Source: Epithemia pelagica
Taxonomy: Eukaryota > Protista > Bacillariophyta
Direction of reading: 5' to 3'
Assembly (NCBI GenBank): GCA_946965045.2
Contig: OX337241.1
Coordinates: forward strand, 2,914,001-2,978,000
Length of the DNA stretch: 64,000 nt
Made by a program: the position numbers and the translations under genes. The notes under the pieces are model-generated. The model made no database searches. It saw only the letters and a program-made list of their open reading frames with translations, and was not told the origin of the DNA. The first letter of the stretch is position 1. Every line of letters begins with the position of its first letter. Below are positions 1-12,424 of the stretch, one piece after another.

Positions 1-522
1 ATCCTCATGAAAGTAGGTTTTTGTATTCGCTGCTTTTTGATGGATCGCTTTCGTTGGAGCAGTCATTATGGTCCCTCTCACGGGGCACTGCCATGTGTGC
101 GACCGAGAGCACCACACCACTATTTTTCTTTGTGTAAGCGACAGATGGAACACTTCCAAATCGCGCGGTCCATCCAAGTGTGGAAAAGAATGAAAGGACG
201 AGTTGGAGTTGCTTCACCATGCGCGCGATGGGGAAGACCCGGCGTTTGGAAGGCTGGTTCGACTGACTCTCGTCGTGGGGTAATGGTATATGCGACTGAG
301 CATTGGAAGCCATCAAGAAAAAATTTGATGGTCGACACAGAGACAGAAGAGGTGTGACGAACGACAAAGCACACCTTCCAAAGAAAACACAAAAACATCA
401 ACAGAGCACCCATCACCTCTAATATTATTATAGAGAGGGCCATTCATCCCTCCTCCTCCGACCACTCCCTACATTCAGAGAAACGACACAAGTCCGAACA
501 AAAACCAAGCAATATTGGGATC

Positions 523-2661
523 ATGAAACAGAAGCGAGCTTGTATCCAGAAGCAGCCGCCATTCGATGCACCAATTTGGTGGCCTGGTGTTTGGTGGTGT
601 GTGTGTCTGCTGTTGGCGGCCTCCTGTTCGTGGTCGGTCCTGGCGTTTCATCATCCGGGCGTGGGGCGACAGCGACCGACGCCACCACAAGGACCACCAT
701 TCATGGGACGTCAAAAGAGGCTCTTTCGGGAAACAAACAGAAAAAGAGACGAGGGGACCATTCTTCGACGAACCAACAACAACATGCCTCCATCCTCCCA
801 ACGAAAAAGCCATGAGTGGAGGTTGTTTGCGTCGGAGCAAGTCGACAATAGTAGGGATGACACCGAAACCAGCAACAACAATCTCGACTCGATACAGGTC
901 GATGTCTGTATTTGTGGAGGGGGACCTGCCGGTTTGCTCTTGGCCTCGCAATTGGCCCAACAACAACAAGCATCACCCAACAACGACAAGAACGACCCGC
1001 CATTGTCCATTGCCATTGTCGATCCGGCCTTGACGGATGTCACATCGTGGCCCAACAATTATGGCATTTGGATGGACGAAGCCAATTGGTTTCGGTATGA
1101 CGATTGTGTCGACCGCGTCTGGAAAACGGCCCGCGTCGTCTTTGACGAAACCTCCCCCCAATTATCCCTGGATCGTCCCTATGGACGCGTCGATCGAGTC
1201 GCCTTGAAACGACGCTTGTTACAGGAATGTCGGCACCGCAAGCCGTGTCGCAACAAGAGCAAGGATACAAAGGACCAACACGACGAGGACCTTGTCCTGT
1301 CACACCATGAAAATGGACACAATGGCATTTGGTTTTTCAATGGCAAGGCCACCCAGGTGCAACATATGGACGACAATACGACTCCTTCGCAAGTCACAGT
1401 CACATTGCTTTCGTCCCCCAAAGAACCCAATGGGGACGACACCACCACGACAACAACCGCCACAACCATGTCCACACAACGACTGACGGTCCATGCTCCC
1501 TTGGTGGTGGATGCCACGGGCTTTGGCCGCGTCTTTTGCGACCATGCCGTCCCCTTTGATCCGGGCTACCAAGTCACGTATGGAGCTCGCTATCGCGTGC
1601 CCCATTTGGGTCCACAGTATACGGTGGACGAAATGGTCTTGATGGATTACAGTCAAGGTCATTTGCAACACAACGCAACGTTGGTGGCGTCGAACGAACG
1701 CTTTCCCTCCTTTGTCTATGTCATGCCACTGTCCGACACGGAGATTTTTTTGGAAGAAACCATTCTCGTGTCACGTCCCGGTGGATCGTCGCGCAATTTG
1801 CAAGCCCGACTGGAACACCGCATGCACGCCTTGGGCATTCCGCCACCCTGGCACGTGTTGGAAGACGAACGGGCCGCCATTCCCATGGGCGGCGCCGATC
1901 CCCGCATTCCGCAACGAACCGTCGGATTTGGGGCCACGAGTTCCTTGGTTCATCCCGCGTCGGGATACATGATGGCCCGCGCCATGGAAGTGGCACCCCG
2001 CGTCGCTCACGCCGTGGCGCCGCTCTTGGTTCAATGGCGACGGCAACAACAAGCACAAGACGGACAACCAGAATCACAAGAGGACGACGGAATGTCCCCG
2101 GTTTCCTTGGATCAACTTTCAACCGTGGCGTGGGAGGCTGTCTGGCCGGCCGACGAACGTCGACAACGGGACTTTATGAATTTTGGCTTTGAATTGTTGT
2201 GCTTGTTGAATCCCCAAGAATTGCGCGATTTCTTTACGGGATTTTTTCGCTTACCGGCCGGTTTGTGGCAACACTTTTTGAGTTGGCGGCTCAGTGGCAT
2301 TGGTCACATTGCCATGGGATTGTCGGTCTGGGCCACGTGCATTCCCAAACGATTCATGGGACCAATGTTGTGGAAATCCTTGCCCTTTGTGCCGACCAAA
2401 TTGATCCTTCCCTTTGTGTGGGAACGACCGCGGCCCATTTATACCGACTCGTGGTATTGGGATGCCCAAACCGGCAACAGTACCCTGTGGGAACCCGACT
2501 CGTTTTTTCCCTATGTCCAACGCCTATCGTCCTCCTTGGCGTCGAGCAGCAGCAACACAACAACGACGACAATGACATCGACGACGACATCGACTGCGGC
2601 GGCAAGTCCTACTACGACTACTGCGGAACCAACTCTCCAGGAGACGGCCAATCGTCCATAA
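523..2661 (+). CDS. LCYB: Lycopene beta-cyclase, plastid-targeted
   Basis: 712-aa ORF. FAD-binding DVCICGGGPAG plus cyclase motifs WPNNYGIWMDE, LDRPYGRVDR, VVDATG, MVLMDYS, FVYVMP..FLEET, IPMGG and VHPASGYM. The N-terminal hydrophobic signal ends at SVLA-F (ASAF-like) and is followed by a basic transit-like segment. Confidence 0.93.
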   Translation: MKQKRACIQKQPPFDAPIWWPGVWWCVCLLLAASCSWSVLAFHHPGVGRQRPTPPQGPPFMGRQKRLFRETNRKRDEGTILRRTNNNMPPSSQRKSHEWRLFASEQVDNSRDDTETSNNNLDSIQVDVCICGGGPAGLLLASQLAQQQQASPNNDKNDPPLSIAIVDPALTDVTSWPNNYGIWMDEANWFRYDDCVDRVWKTARVVFDETSPQLSLDRPYGRVDRVALKRRLLQECRHRKPCRNKSKDTKDQHDEDLVLSHHENGHNGIWFFNGKATQVQHMDDNTTPSQVTVTLLSSPKEPNGDDTTTTTTATTMSTQRLTVHAPLVVDATGFGRVFCDHAVPFDPGYQVTYGARYRVPHLGPQYTVDEMVLMDYSQGHLQHNATLVASNERFPSFVYVMPLSDTEIFLEETILVSRPGGSSRNLQARLEHRMHALGIPPPWHVLEDERAAIPMGGADPRIPQRTVGFGATSSLVHPASGYMMARAMEVAPRVAHAVAPLLVQWRRQQQAQDGQPESQEDDGMSPVSLDQLSTVAWEAVWPADERRQRDFMNFGFELLCLLNPQELRDFFTGFFRLPAGLWQHFLSWRLSGIGHIAMGLSVWATCIPKRFMGPMLWKSLPFVPTKLILPFVWERPRPIYTDSWYWDAQTGNSTLWEPDSFFPYVQRLSSSLASSSSNTTTTTMTSTTTSTAAASPTTTTAEPTLQETANRP

Positions 2662-3374
2662 TGTACCCAAACCGTGCTTTATACAATGTATTTATAGTGC
2701 TGCTCGAACACCACACTCCCAGATTCACAAGGATTGGAACAAACTACTTTTCATACTCCGAGCCATTGTGTGGAGCGCGAACCAAACCAGACTCCTACCG
2801 CCAATCTACTGGAGAGGCTCCTCATTGTCATTGTACTAGAGTTCCATGGGAGTTTGAGGTGCCGTTCGCCCCGAGATCCTATTGTATAGTATATATTATA
2901 TGGTGGCGAATACGACAGACAACCGAGCCATGTCAATACGATAATAGCTACAAGAACCATTCCATCATGTTCGTGGCGTTTTTGAAAGTAGTAGTTGTGC
3001 GGCAAACATCCAAGTAATCACTGTGACCCCACGTGGACTCGACCACACAAGTTGCGTTCATGATTTTCCTCGCCGCCAAGCCAGCACGAAAAGAGACCGC
3101 GACTAGCGCTTTTCTTCCCCATTGCATTTCCAGAGAGTCCCATCCTGTTATCTAGGTACTCTTCAACGCTTTGTACGGGTCGTGAGACCACAAACTGCTA
3201 CAATGACTAAGGTTTTTCTCGTTCTCCTCATTCGTACTGCTGGTCTTGGTCTGGCGTGTTCACTAGCCATCCTTTTTCGGTTCAACATTTCTCTTGGGTC
3301 TATTGAGTGTCCTTGTATCCCATTTGCATCCACCCATAATGGTCCTATTCCATCATATTATGGTTCCCCGTTTG

Positions 3375-6300
3375 TTACGTGGGTGGTACGGCACAGAGGG
3401 TACCCGCCAAGCTGGCACATTGGTTATCCCATTGGACAGTACAGCAATCCGGGGTATTGGCACACACCAAGGCTTGACACTGCGGACAACTGGGACACCC
3501 CGGCCACGGGGCTGGGCTGGTACAATGCTGCGTCCCATCACAGTCGGGGCCATGACATGCACAGATTCGATTTGCCATTTGGGCACATTTGGCATCCCAC
3601 TCGACGGAACAACACCACAAATCCCACAAACATACGCGCGATTCACATGTGGAACAGGAACATCCCTTGGTACGATCCGACTTTTCCGGTTGAAATGTGT
3701 TGCAATTCCCACACGAATCTTGATCCTCGCAGTGTAACACAGTGCTGTTGTTGGTGGGTGGGTTCGTCGGCATAGCCGACAAGGTTGGAACGAGCGTTGG
3801 CGTCCGTGTGGGTCGTTCCGTGGGTGTCGAGGTAGGTCGTGTCGTTGCAGTCGGAGCACTGGTACTGCTGCAGGTACAGGCAGTGGCAACCGCCGTGACA
3901 CAGGCGGCATTCCAGACCGTCGTACAGCACCAGGGATAATCGCGACAGACCAAGGATTCGCAGGCCGGACAATTGCATCCCTTGGTATGCGATCGAGAGT
4001 CGTCCAAACACGTTCCACAATGGGCCCCATCGTTGCAACGACAGGGACATTCCACTTTGGCGGCATTGGCACAAATCAAATCCCATTCTTGTGCGCAACA
4101 CCATGGATCGGAAGCACAAATCTTGGCTTGACAGGACGCACATTGACACCCCGTCTTGTCCAGGACTGGAATGCCGGGACGACGAGCTTCCTGACAATCG
4201 CCGCACAAGTCACAGGGATCGTCCAGGATGGTCGGAGTCGCAGAAGGTGGCACGGAGGATGAAGGAGTCGTTGTGGGAGGAGTGGATTCGGTTCCACCAC
4301 CACTGGGTGTGGGAGTGGCCGTGGTGGTGTTGTCATTATTGCTGGTGGAATTGAACTCGAGAGTGTCCAGACATTGCAAAAAGCCCAAGGGATGGACCAT
4401 ACCGGCACCCAACTCCTCATGGTCCTCATTTTGGTCCGTCAAGGACGTGGCCGAAGACAGCAAACAGGTGCGCAAGTCGTCGGCCGAGGCTTGGGGTTGG
4501 AAACTCTTGCCCAAGGCCAAGACACCCGCCACATGAGGACAGGACATGCTGGTTCCACTCATGAATTGGTAGTCATGACGATTGACCTGGGATCGGTACA
4601 AGCCGGTGGACAAGACATTGATACCGGGTGCCGCCACATCAACCCCGTCGCCATAATTGGAAAAGGGCGCTCGTTCGCCATTGTTGTACGTGGCCGCCAC
4701 GGACAGTACCTTGGGATGTGCGGCGGGATAATAGGTTTGATTGGAATTGAAATTGCCAGCCGCAAAGACAATCAAGACACCCTTGTTGGTGGCGTATTCA
4801 ATAGCGGTTTCGAGTGGACCGGAAATGTAATTGGGAGATGTGTAGCCCCACGAATTGGAACTAATGTGTGCTCCCATATCGGCCGCATACACCAAGGCTT
4901 GCGCAAAACCCCGGACGTTGCTTTTACCAAACGTGACACTGGTCAAAATACGGACATTGAGTTGGGCAAATCCGGCAATCCCGGCGACACCCTTGCCATT
5001 GTGGGTATTGGCGGCAATGGTCCCCGTGACATGGGATCCATGACTGCCATCGCCCAAGAGGATCGCACTGGTATTGTCTGCATGATTGTATCCATGACAA
5101 TCGTCAATGTATCCATTGCCATCATTGTCAATGCCATCGTAACAATCTGTCTCTCCCGGATTGACCCATTGGTTGTCTGGTGGTGTATGAGCAAAACAGA
5201 ATTCCAAGAGAGTGTGGTGAGGTTTTACGACATGAAAAACTCCGTGACACAACAGGAGGCTCACAGGACACTCTAGTATTCCTACATACCACCCGAATCG
5301 GCATGTTTCACATCCCATCCCGTATCGACGACTTGGACAATGGTTTGAAATTCTTCTTTTTCGTCTGGCGTGTCGGTTGATGTTTGGTGTGTGTACCAAT
5401 ACTCCCAGGCAGCGGAAAAATTGAGGGCCGAATAATGCGATTGTTGTGGATACAAGGGATCGTTCGGGTGCATCATTCCTGGTGTTGTATTATCGTCGTC
5501 ATCGGTCTCGTCACTGTCGTTTGCGTCATTACTATCCATGCGACGTCGTTCGTGTGGATTCGTGTGCGGCGCGTCTTCCCAATCAGTCATCGTCGTCATT
5601 TTCGGGCTGCTACTGGAATCCTGAGGTTTTCTTGTTCTTGCGGTTTGTTTGGGTTTGGTTTGGGGGAACAAATGGTGTGGTAGTGGTTGCGAATCCACTG
5701 CAACGACGGTGGGAACAATTTCATGCCACAAATCAATGCGGGCAATGCCGAGAAACGTGTCAGTTGGGTTGTCCTTGTCGTTGTGGTTTTGGTCGTCTGG
5801 AGGGAGGGCAGCCGTTATAGTTGCAGAAGAGGAGGAGGAGGAGGATCGGAGGCGTGGTGGCTGCCCATGGGTTGTGAACGACCCGGATGGTTTCGTTTTC
5901 GTTTGGGAGTCCTGTTGTGGATGAGGCTGCAATGGTACGGATTGGTATTGTTGTTCTTGGGCCAAGAGCGTTGTCAATCGGGATAGAGCCACGAGCGCAC
6001 CATGTTCCACAGGAGTCGTAGCAGAATTGTGGTTGGGATCATTGACATTCGAGGAGAAGGACGAGGTGGTGGCGGTGTGACCAAAGACATTGTTGTTGGT
6101 TGTGTGGTTGTGGTTGGTGTTGGTGGTAGTACGAGTCGTTGCACCTACTGTACGACAATCGCAATCGTAGAAATAATGCAACCCCGCCTCAACATGGTCC
6201 TGGACCAAGTCGAGTCGAACGGTGGGAGGATTGCCAAAGGTGGGCGTCAAGGAATGACAGACATCTTGCAAGTGTTGGGTCCAAAGTCGTTGGGCTCGAT

Positions 6301-6745
6301 CCTGAATCTCCTTCCACTCCTCCTTGTCGTGGCCCATAGTTGTCGTCGATGGGCCTTGTAGTAATGGTGCAAATTGAATCGACAAACCATCGTCTCGGAT
6401 CGTGCCGTGTTGCATCCATTGTGCCAAGTGACGAGGAGGAGGAAGAATGGTGGGAGGAACTGATGAACGACCATGACGACGACGACGACGACCCTGTCGT
6501 TGTGCATGAGACAATGTCAAAGTTGGGGCACTGTGCACCACGAATCGTGCTGTCTCGGATCGGAACAAGAACAGAACCGAAAAGACTGAGAAGAACAGAA
6601 TTCGATGAAACCGTTGGAGGAGGAGGTGTCGTTTCCGTCGTCGTCGTCGTCGTCGTCCAAATTGTGGTTGTGTATGCGTTTCATCTGCATCGTTGCCACG
6701 GGAGGATGAGAGGGTTGCTGATTCTTGGTGGTTCTTGTTCTTCAT
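3375..6745 (-). CDS. S8 subtilisin-like serine protease with N-terminal membrane anchor/prodomain and four C-terminal Cys-rich repeats (2 exons)
   Basis: Exons 6745..5290 and 5176..3375; intron 5177..5289 (gtatgt...ccag). The join restores HADSG-D-NQWVNPGE in frame. Catalytic D (VVDTG), H (HGSHVTGT), N (AAGN) and S (GTSMSCPHVAG) are present. Start taken at cacaATG (MKNKNHQ); the ORF track starts 18 codons earlier. Confidence 0.9.
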
Positions 6746-8367
6746 TGTGGATCTTGTTGGTAAAAAAGAAAGGATGGAAACCGACAACAACAACGACAAG
6801 ACAGATTTCTATGGCATGGTTTCCCTGGCAACACCGTTGCAATGCTATGAAATACGGCTTTCCAAAAGAAACAACAAAACGAGTCAGCCCACCAGAGAAC
6901 GATTCAACCTCGAGGACATTGTGTGGTCCTGGATCCTGGAACAGAAAAACAACACCTCAGAGACCATCACTGCTCCACCAAACGGTCATTGGAGCTCCGA
7001 CGACGACGACGACAAGCCACAACCGACACTCCATCTCGAATCGTCCATTATAGGGGGAGAATGGTTGTGCGAGAGCTCTTTGTTTTTGTTCCGTTGTTGG
7101 TTGGCAACGACCCCATTTTTGTCCAACCACTCCATTGGTGAGAGCGCCTCGAGACAGTGAGTCGACATGCGCGCGACCGCGCGTGCATCACCTGTGAGAT
7201 GCGTGACGTCCGTACGTCGGACGACTACCCTGTGTCAGAACGACTGATCCCTCTATATAGTTTGACATTCGACAATCCCTGTGGTCGACTGGTGAGTGTT
7301 ATTCCATGATGATACTATTGATACGTCCGTCCTGTGGAGCCACAGTATATTTGGACGAGAGAGATTCCAACTTGCAATAGTCCACAAGTGCAGATAGATA
7401 GATAGATAGATAGTGACTACTGCGATTCGACCATAATAGATCAAAGAAGCATCGTGATGATTGTGTGTGTCTTTCACCTCAAGTAGGTAGATGAAGAAGG
7501 TTGGAACCACGCGAACACCGACATACTCCTGCTCCTTCAGTGGAATCGTGTGGGGGGGTTCTGTTTTCTGTTCCGCCCCGGCGCAGATTCCTTTGAGAAC
7601 GCTCCCGCGGGTATGGATTTTTCGAACATAGTGTGAAATTAGGACCCTAACAAAATCGCGCTGGGAGGTATTCGAGCGCCGATCGTCACACGCACACACA
7701 CCACACGCGCGTGTGTTTGCGCTCCAACAAAAGGCCGAGAATTTAAAAAAATTGCTCCCAACAACCCGAAGACGACAACAACAACAACAACGCGACAACG
7801 ACGACACTATATACCAAACGCACTGCCGTGGTTTGGTCCAGTCGTCTCCCTCGATTCGTAGTATTTGTGTGGTCTCATCTCTCTCGTTCTGTTGGTTGTC
7901 GTGGTTGTGGCTCGGTACGTTGTTGTGAAAGAATGCAGCCAAAAGTCTCTATTTTGTGTTCGGTTTGTCTCATGTTTGGAATGGTGGATGGTCCTTTGTG
8001 GTTCATTTCGGTTGGTCATTTGTTCGACATTTTGCCGCATGGATCGCTCCAGTCTCTCCGCCAAGAACAAGCGAACGAACGATTTTTTCAACGTTTGCAG
8101 TCTCTCTCTCTCTCTTTGACAAGTTGCGCGTTTGTGGTTGCCTAGACACAGACCTATGGTGCCGTTACCCAATTGTTGTTACTCTTCTTCTTGTGCTGGT
8201 AAACGTTTTGGTGGTTGTTGTCCATTGAAAGGGTGACGTGTTCCACATTCGATTGAATTAGCAAAACACGTTGGGGATCCAAACCCTTCGTTGTGTGGAT
8301 TCAGTGAGTGGACCGTACTAAGTAGGTAGTTCCCCTTTTTGGAAACACTTCCGCCACCATTAGCACC

Positions 8368-11289
8368 ATGGAATCACGTCAAGCTCGTGCTTTGGATTTG
8401 GAACGCCAATTGCAACGTGCCCAACAACAGTCCAAACAACACCAGAATGACCAGGCCGTCAATCGCTTGCGCGTGCCGCTGTGTGAAGTCTTGGCCGACA
8501 TGATTCTCACCCATCCGGCTCAAGCCCTCGATTACGATGTCGACAATCGCTTGTGGAAACACTGTTTTTACAGTCGCATTGTCCCCCAACGACAAGGCAT
8601 TGCCAAGGCCCACAAGAAATTGCAGCAACAGCAACAATCGTCGTCGTCTTCTGTGCAACTTTATCAACAGCAACAACAAACGGTCCAACACTTGGAACAA
8701 GCCTTGCATCAATTCTTGGCCGAAGCCGTCACCCTGTATCGCTATTTGGTCAATCATTTGCAAGCCAAATTGCTGGGACAATCGGCCACCTTTTCGCAGT
8801 CACAAGCATCGTCGGCTTCGTCGTCGCAAACCCTGTCGCAATCGCAAGACGACGACGACGAGCCTTCACCCAATGACCAACAAGAACAAGAAGAATTGAC
8901 GCCCCTCTCTCCCACTACGTGTACCGACGGCTTGGTGGAATGGATTCATCAATTGCACATTCGATTGGGTGATTTGTTTCGCTACAGTCTTCAATTGTCC
9001 CAGGCTCAACACGCCTACGAAACGGCCACCACCTTGGGACCCGGTCACGGACATGCTTGGAATCAATTGGCGGTCGTCTCACAAGTGAATACGACGAATA
9101 CGAATACCAACACGACGGCAAATACTACGACGACCAAGGGTCACCCCACGACGGCCACGCAACATTCGTCGGCCAGTGCCTTGTATTGGTATGCCCGAGC
9201 CCTCTTGGCCCAAACCGTGCCCTTTGCCACGGCACGGTCCAATCTCACGCGATTGTTTCAAGACAATCAAGAATGGCTTCAACAGCATGGTGCCACAGCG
9301 ACGACAAGCACAACCACGACATGGAGTCAACGAAGCGCTCCTCCTTCCAATAACAGTAACAACAAACAAGTCATGACGACTCGCTTATTCTTGGCCGAGT
9401 TTGTTGATTTGCATCGCTTGTTTTTTGTCGCCAAGGAATCCACGACGCTTTACAAAACCATGGAACGGGTCTTACAAGATCGATTGGCCCGCTTGCTCCA
9501 AGTCTCGGCCTTTGGCGATGCCCTCTTGTGCAAACTCATTTGCATTCAAGCCTTTTCGGAACACATTGTGAGTTCCACCACTGCCACGAGCAGCAGTCCA
9601 ACGACCACACCGGCCAAAGCCACCATTCAACCGCACCGTAAGAGTTTGACCGTCTTTGGTTGGGCGGCTCGAACTGCCACCTTTCAATTTGCCACTCAAA
9701 TGGCCGACAAGGTCTTGGCCACGGCCTTGCAAAAACAGAAGCAGCAATCGTCCAAACCGTCGGTGCGATTGTTGTTGCCACTCGTGTTGGTGACCGATCA
9801 TGTCGTGGCGTCGCCCCTGGGTTCCAGTCGTGGCAGTAACAAGAACAGTAGTAGCAGCAAGGCCCAACAACGACACGATCAAGCGGCGGTGGACTTTTGG
9901 ATGCGCATGGTACAAGTCTGGAATCATGTCTCCCAACACTTGGCCCACAATCATGACGTGGAGGAAGAACAAGCCGCCACGCCCAAGGAATATGACCAAT
10001 GGATTGGCTTTGCTCCCTTTGCCGCCTTTCTTCCTCTGGAACACGAATCGGGTTTTGTCTCCAAGGACAAGGCGATTCAATTCTTGACGACGACGACGAC
10101 GACGAACAAGCCAGCCTCCAAGAGTCTGTCGTCGCAACCAACGACCAACCCTCACGCGTGTTTGATTCGTCGCATGTTAACCGTGGCCCAACGGGTGGCC
10201 CAGACGAATCCGCACATTACCTGTACGTGGAGGACCGAGGAGGATGCGGGAATGGGTAGTCGAGGACCGCATTGGATGTGGGAGTGGCATGACGAACCGC
10301 CCACATCGCAATCGCCCGACAGGGAGCCCGAACAGGACCAAATGGCCATGATGATCATGGAGGAGGAGGAGAATGACAATCCTGGGGCGGTTCCCAGTCC
10401 ACCCACGACACTGGACGTGCTGGTCGCACCCTCGACCAAACCGCCACCGCCACAACGACAGCCACCAGCACCCGACGAACCCGTCTTGGTCTATCAAGCC
10501 GCACGTGACGAAGGAAGTCCGGCACTCTTGGTTCCAGGGGCTCTTTTGGCGACCACCACGACGACCACAACAATCGCCGCACAAACGGTATCTGCCACCA
10601 AACCCTCGAGTCGTAGTGATGCAACTCGAACACTGCCCGAAGATCCCATGATGGTGGAAATGGATCACATTTTGACGGTGCGTGACGATTCCGAAGCGCA
10701 CGACGATCAAGATATTGTACCAGCAGTCGCACCGGCGGCCAGCACTGTGGCTCCATCCCATCAGCAAAGTACCCCCACTCCACCCACCTTGCCACCTCCC
10801 GGCTTTGGTCCTCCCCCTGGATTTGCTGGAGGAGCAGCAGCGGCTCCAACCTCTGTCACCACGACGACAACTGGACTACCATCCAACCCTTTTCCAGCCG
10901 CAAATCCTGGATGGATGTGGAACAATGGAGCTTTGGCGCAACCACCACCACAACAGTCTATTGCAGCCCAGCATTCCATGACGACCGTAGGACAAGTCAT
11001 GGGTACGGTCCCCTTGCCACCTACTCACAATCCATTTGCCGTGGGACCAACAATGACGACCACAACCACGACGGGAATGCCGTGGAATACAGGTCCCCCG
11101 ACGGCCGTTGGTGGTCCCCTGTGGGTCCAACCCACCATGGGAACTGCAGATGGAACGTCGTCGTCCTCCCCCTCCTTGCTGGATTCCGGACTGTTGCAAT
11201 CCTTGTGGATGGACGAGGCATCGTCGTCATCCTCGGCCAGAGTGCCTCCCAAAACCACGACAACACAAAATCCCTTTGCCTTGTCGTAG
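8368..11289 (+). CDS. SMG7: EST1/SMG5-6-7 family (SMG7-like) nonsense-mediated decay / telomerase-associated TPR protein
   Basis: 973-aa ORF with EST1-domain motifs LWKHCFYSRI, LHIRLGDLFRYS, GHAWNQLAVVSQ and ALYWYARAL...PFATARSNL. The C-terminus is long, Pro/Thr-rich and low complexity, with no recognisable PIN domain. Confidence 0.8.
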   Translation: MESRQARALDLERQLQRAQQQSKQHQNDQAVNRLRVPLCEVLADMILTHPAQALDYDVDNRLWKHCFYSRIVPQRQGIAKAHKKLQQQQQSSSSSVQLYQQQQQTVQHLEQALHQFLAEAVTLYRYLVNHLQAKLLGQSATFSQSQASSASSSQTLSQSQDDDDEPSPNDQQEQEELTPLSPTTCTDGLVEWIHQLHIRLGDLFRYSLQLSQAQHAYETATTLGPGHGHAWNQLAVVSQVNTTNTNTNTTANTTTTKGHPTTATQHSSASALYWYARALLAQTVPFATARSNLTRLFQDNQEWLQQHGATATTSTTTTWSQRSAPPSNNSNNKQVMTTRLFLAEFVDLHRLFFVAKESTTLYKTMERVLQDRLARLLQVSAFGDALLCKLICIQAFSEHIVSSTTATSSSPTTTPAKATIQPHRKSLTVFGWAARTATFQFATQMADKVLATALQKQKQQSSKPSVRLLLPLVLVTDHVVASPLGSSRGSNKNSSSSKAQQRHDQAAVDFWMRMVQVWNHVSQHLAHNHDVEEEQAATPKEYDQWIGFAPFAAFLPLEHESGFVSKDKAIQFLTTTTTTNKPASKSLSSQPTTNPHACLIRRMLTVAQRVAQTNPHITCTWRTEEDAGMGSRGPHWMWEWHDEPPTSQSPDREPEQDQMAMMIMEEEENDNPGAVPSPPTTLDVLVAPSTKPPPPQRQPPAPDEPVLVYQAARDEGSPALLVPGALLATTTTTTTIAAQTVSATKPSSRSDATRTLPEDPMMVEMDHILTVRDDSEAHDDQDIVPAVAPAASTVAPSHQQSTPTPPTLPPPGFGPPPGFAGGAAAAPTSVTTTTTGLPSNPFPAANPGWMWNNGALAQPPPQQSIAAQHSMTTVGQVMGTVPLPPTHNPFAVGPTMTTTTTTGMPWNTGPPTAVGGPLWVQPTMGTADGTSSSSPSLLDSGLLQSLWMDEASSSSSARVPPKTTTTQNPFALS

Positions 11290-11704
11290 AACCAAGGCGA
11301 AACAAACAGTCTCCCGGAGTAATGGTGTGTGTTTCCCTGTTGTTCGGAACCAAATTTGGAACCACTCTAGTGTCGTCGCGAGAGATGAATGAATCGAAGG
11401 ACTACCCTGCATTACCATCACTACAAGGACCAGACGTGACCAACGATATGGACGTGGCAGAGTGATGCCGCCCTCCTATTCTCAACCACAACAACGGCAC
11501 TGTCCTCTTTTCTAGAAAACGAATATGACCTACACACCCTTCCATCAAACGTTAAGCCATGAGGGTCGCAGTGGAAAGGATCGGGTAGGTTAAATAGAGC
11601 CAAGCATTGCCCAACAAACAACATCGTGCTAGCCTATATCTAGATAAAATCGTCTCCTCCAAGCTATCGGAAGAATCGTCTATCGTCTCATCTCTATAGA
11701 GCTA

Positions 11705-12424
11705 CTCCCTCCGGCCTTTTTTTATCGCACGAAGTTGAGAAAAATGACATAACGTCTCGAGCGTCAGCCCGTTCGCGCTAAAAATTATATAGATCGAAAG
11801 CTTATTACAAGACTCAAATTTCCATGTATAATTTATATGTTCCATCTCACAATTCTGAAGAGCTACATGGAACTAAAAGAGGCTAAAAACGCAATCCAAA
11901 CTTTGGCGTACCGGTTCTGGCCCCCCAGGCGCACCCAAGGGATGGCACCCTCCAGCCAGGCCCGCGAGGGGGTAAAGTACATAGACTTGCCGGCTAATGA
12001 CTGTGGACGTTCTATAGACATTCATCTATCCTTCCCCATCTGAATGGCACCTTGCCAGAGGTGTTTTGTCTTTCGTCGCCAAAATTTTTGGAGTTCATCG
12101 ATCCATCATAAGTAGGCTATGAGAGTGCGCAGAGCAACTCGCACGCGGTGGACTTAATTAACTCCCCCGAAATTTCATCCAACGCACGCGCGCGTGGTCG
12201 ATTCCTATGTGTTCTTCGACTGTTGTTACAGAAGCGGTTAAAAGTGTCACGCGATAGAAGGATAGTTAAGTTGTGGCGCGTGTCACATTGAATGTTCATC
12301 TCTAAAATTCGACTCCGAATGAGCCGGCCATCCTCCTGTAGAAATGTACCAGGTCCTTCGACGGGTATTTATGCGACTGATTTTTCGAAAAATAGATCGT
12401 GCGATAAAAAAAGGCCGGAGGGAG
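11705..12424. mobile_element. Stowaway-like Tc1/mariner MITE (720 bp, non-autonomous)
   Basis: Perfect 28-bp terminal inverted repeats CTCCCTCCGGCCTTTTTTTATCGCACGA (11705-11732) and its reverse complement (12397-12424), flanked by TA on both sides (11703-11704, 12425-12426). CTCCCTCCG plus a TA target duplication is the Stowaway/mariner signature. There is no transposase ORF inside. Confidence 0.9.

Noticed and set aside
5-367. Minus-strand ORF (MASNAQSHIPLPHDES... from 313) divergent from LCYB
   Set aside because: Short, with no recognisable motif. It could be a first exon of a gene running off the window, but I cannot support that.
7253-7942. 229-aa minus ORF and (AGAT)5 / (CT)n microsatellites in the S8-SMG7 intergenic region
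   Set aside because: Built from simple repeats typical of UTR and promoter DNA here, with no coding signature.
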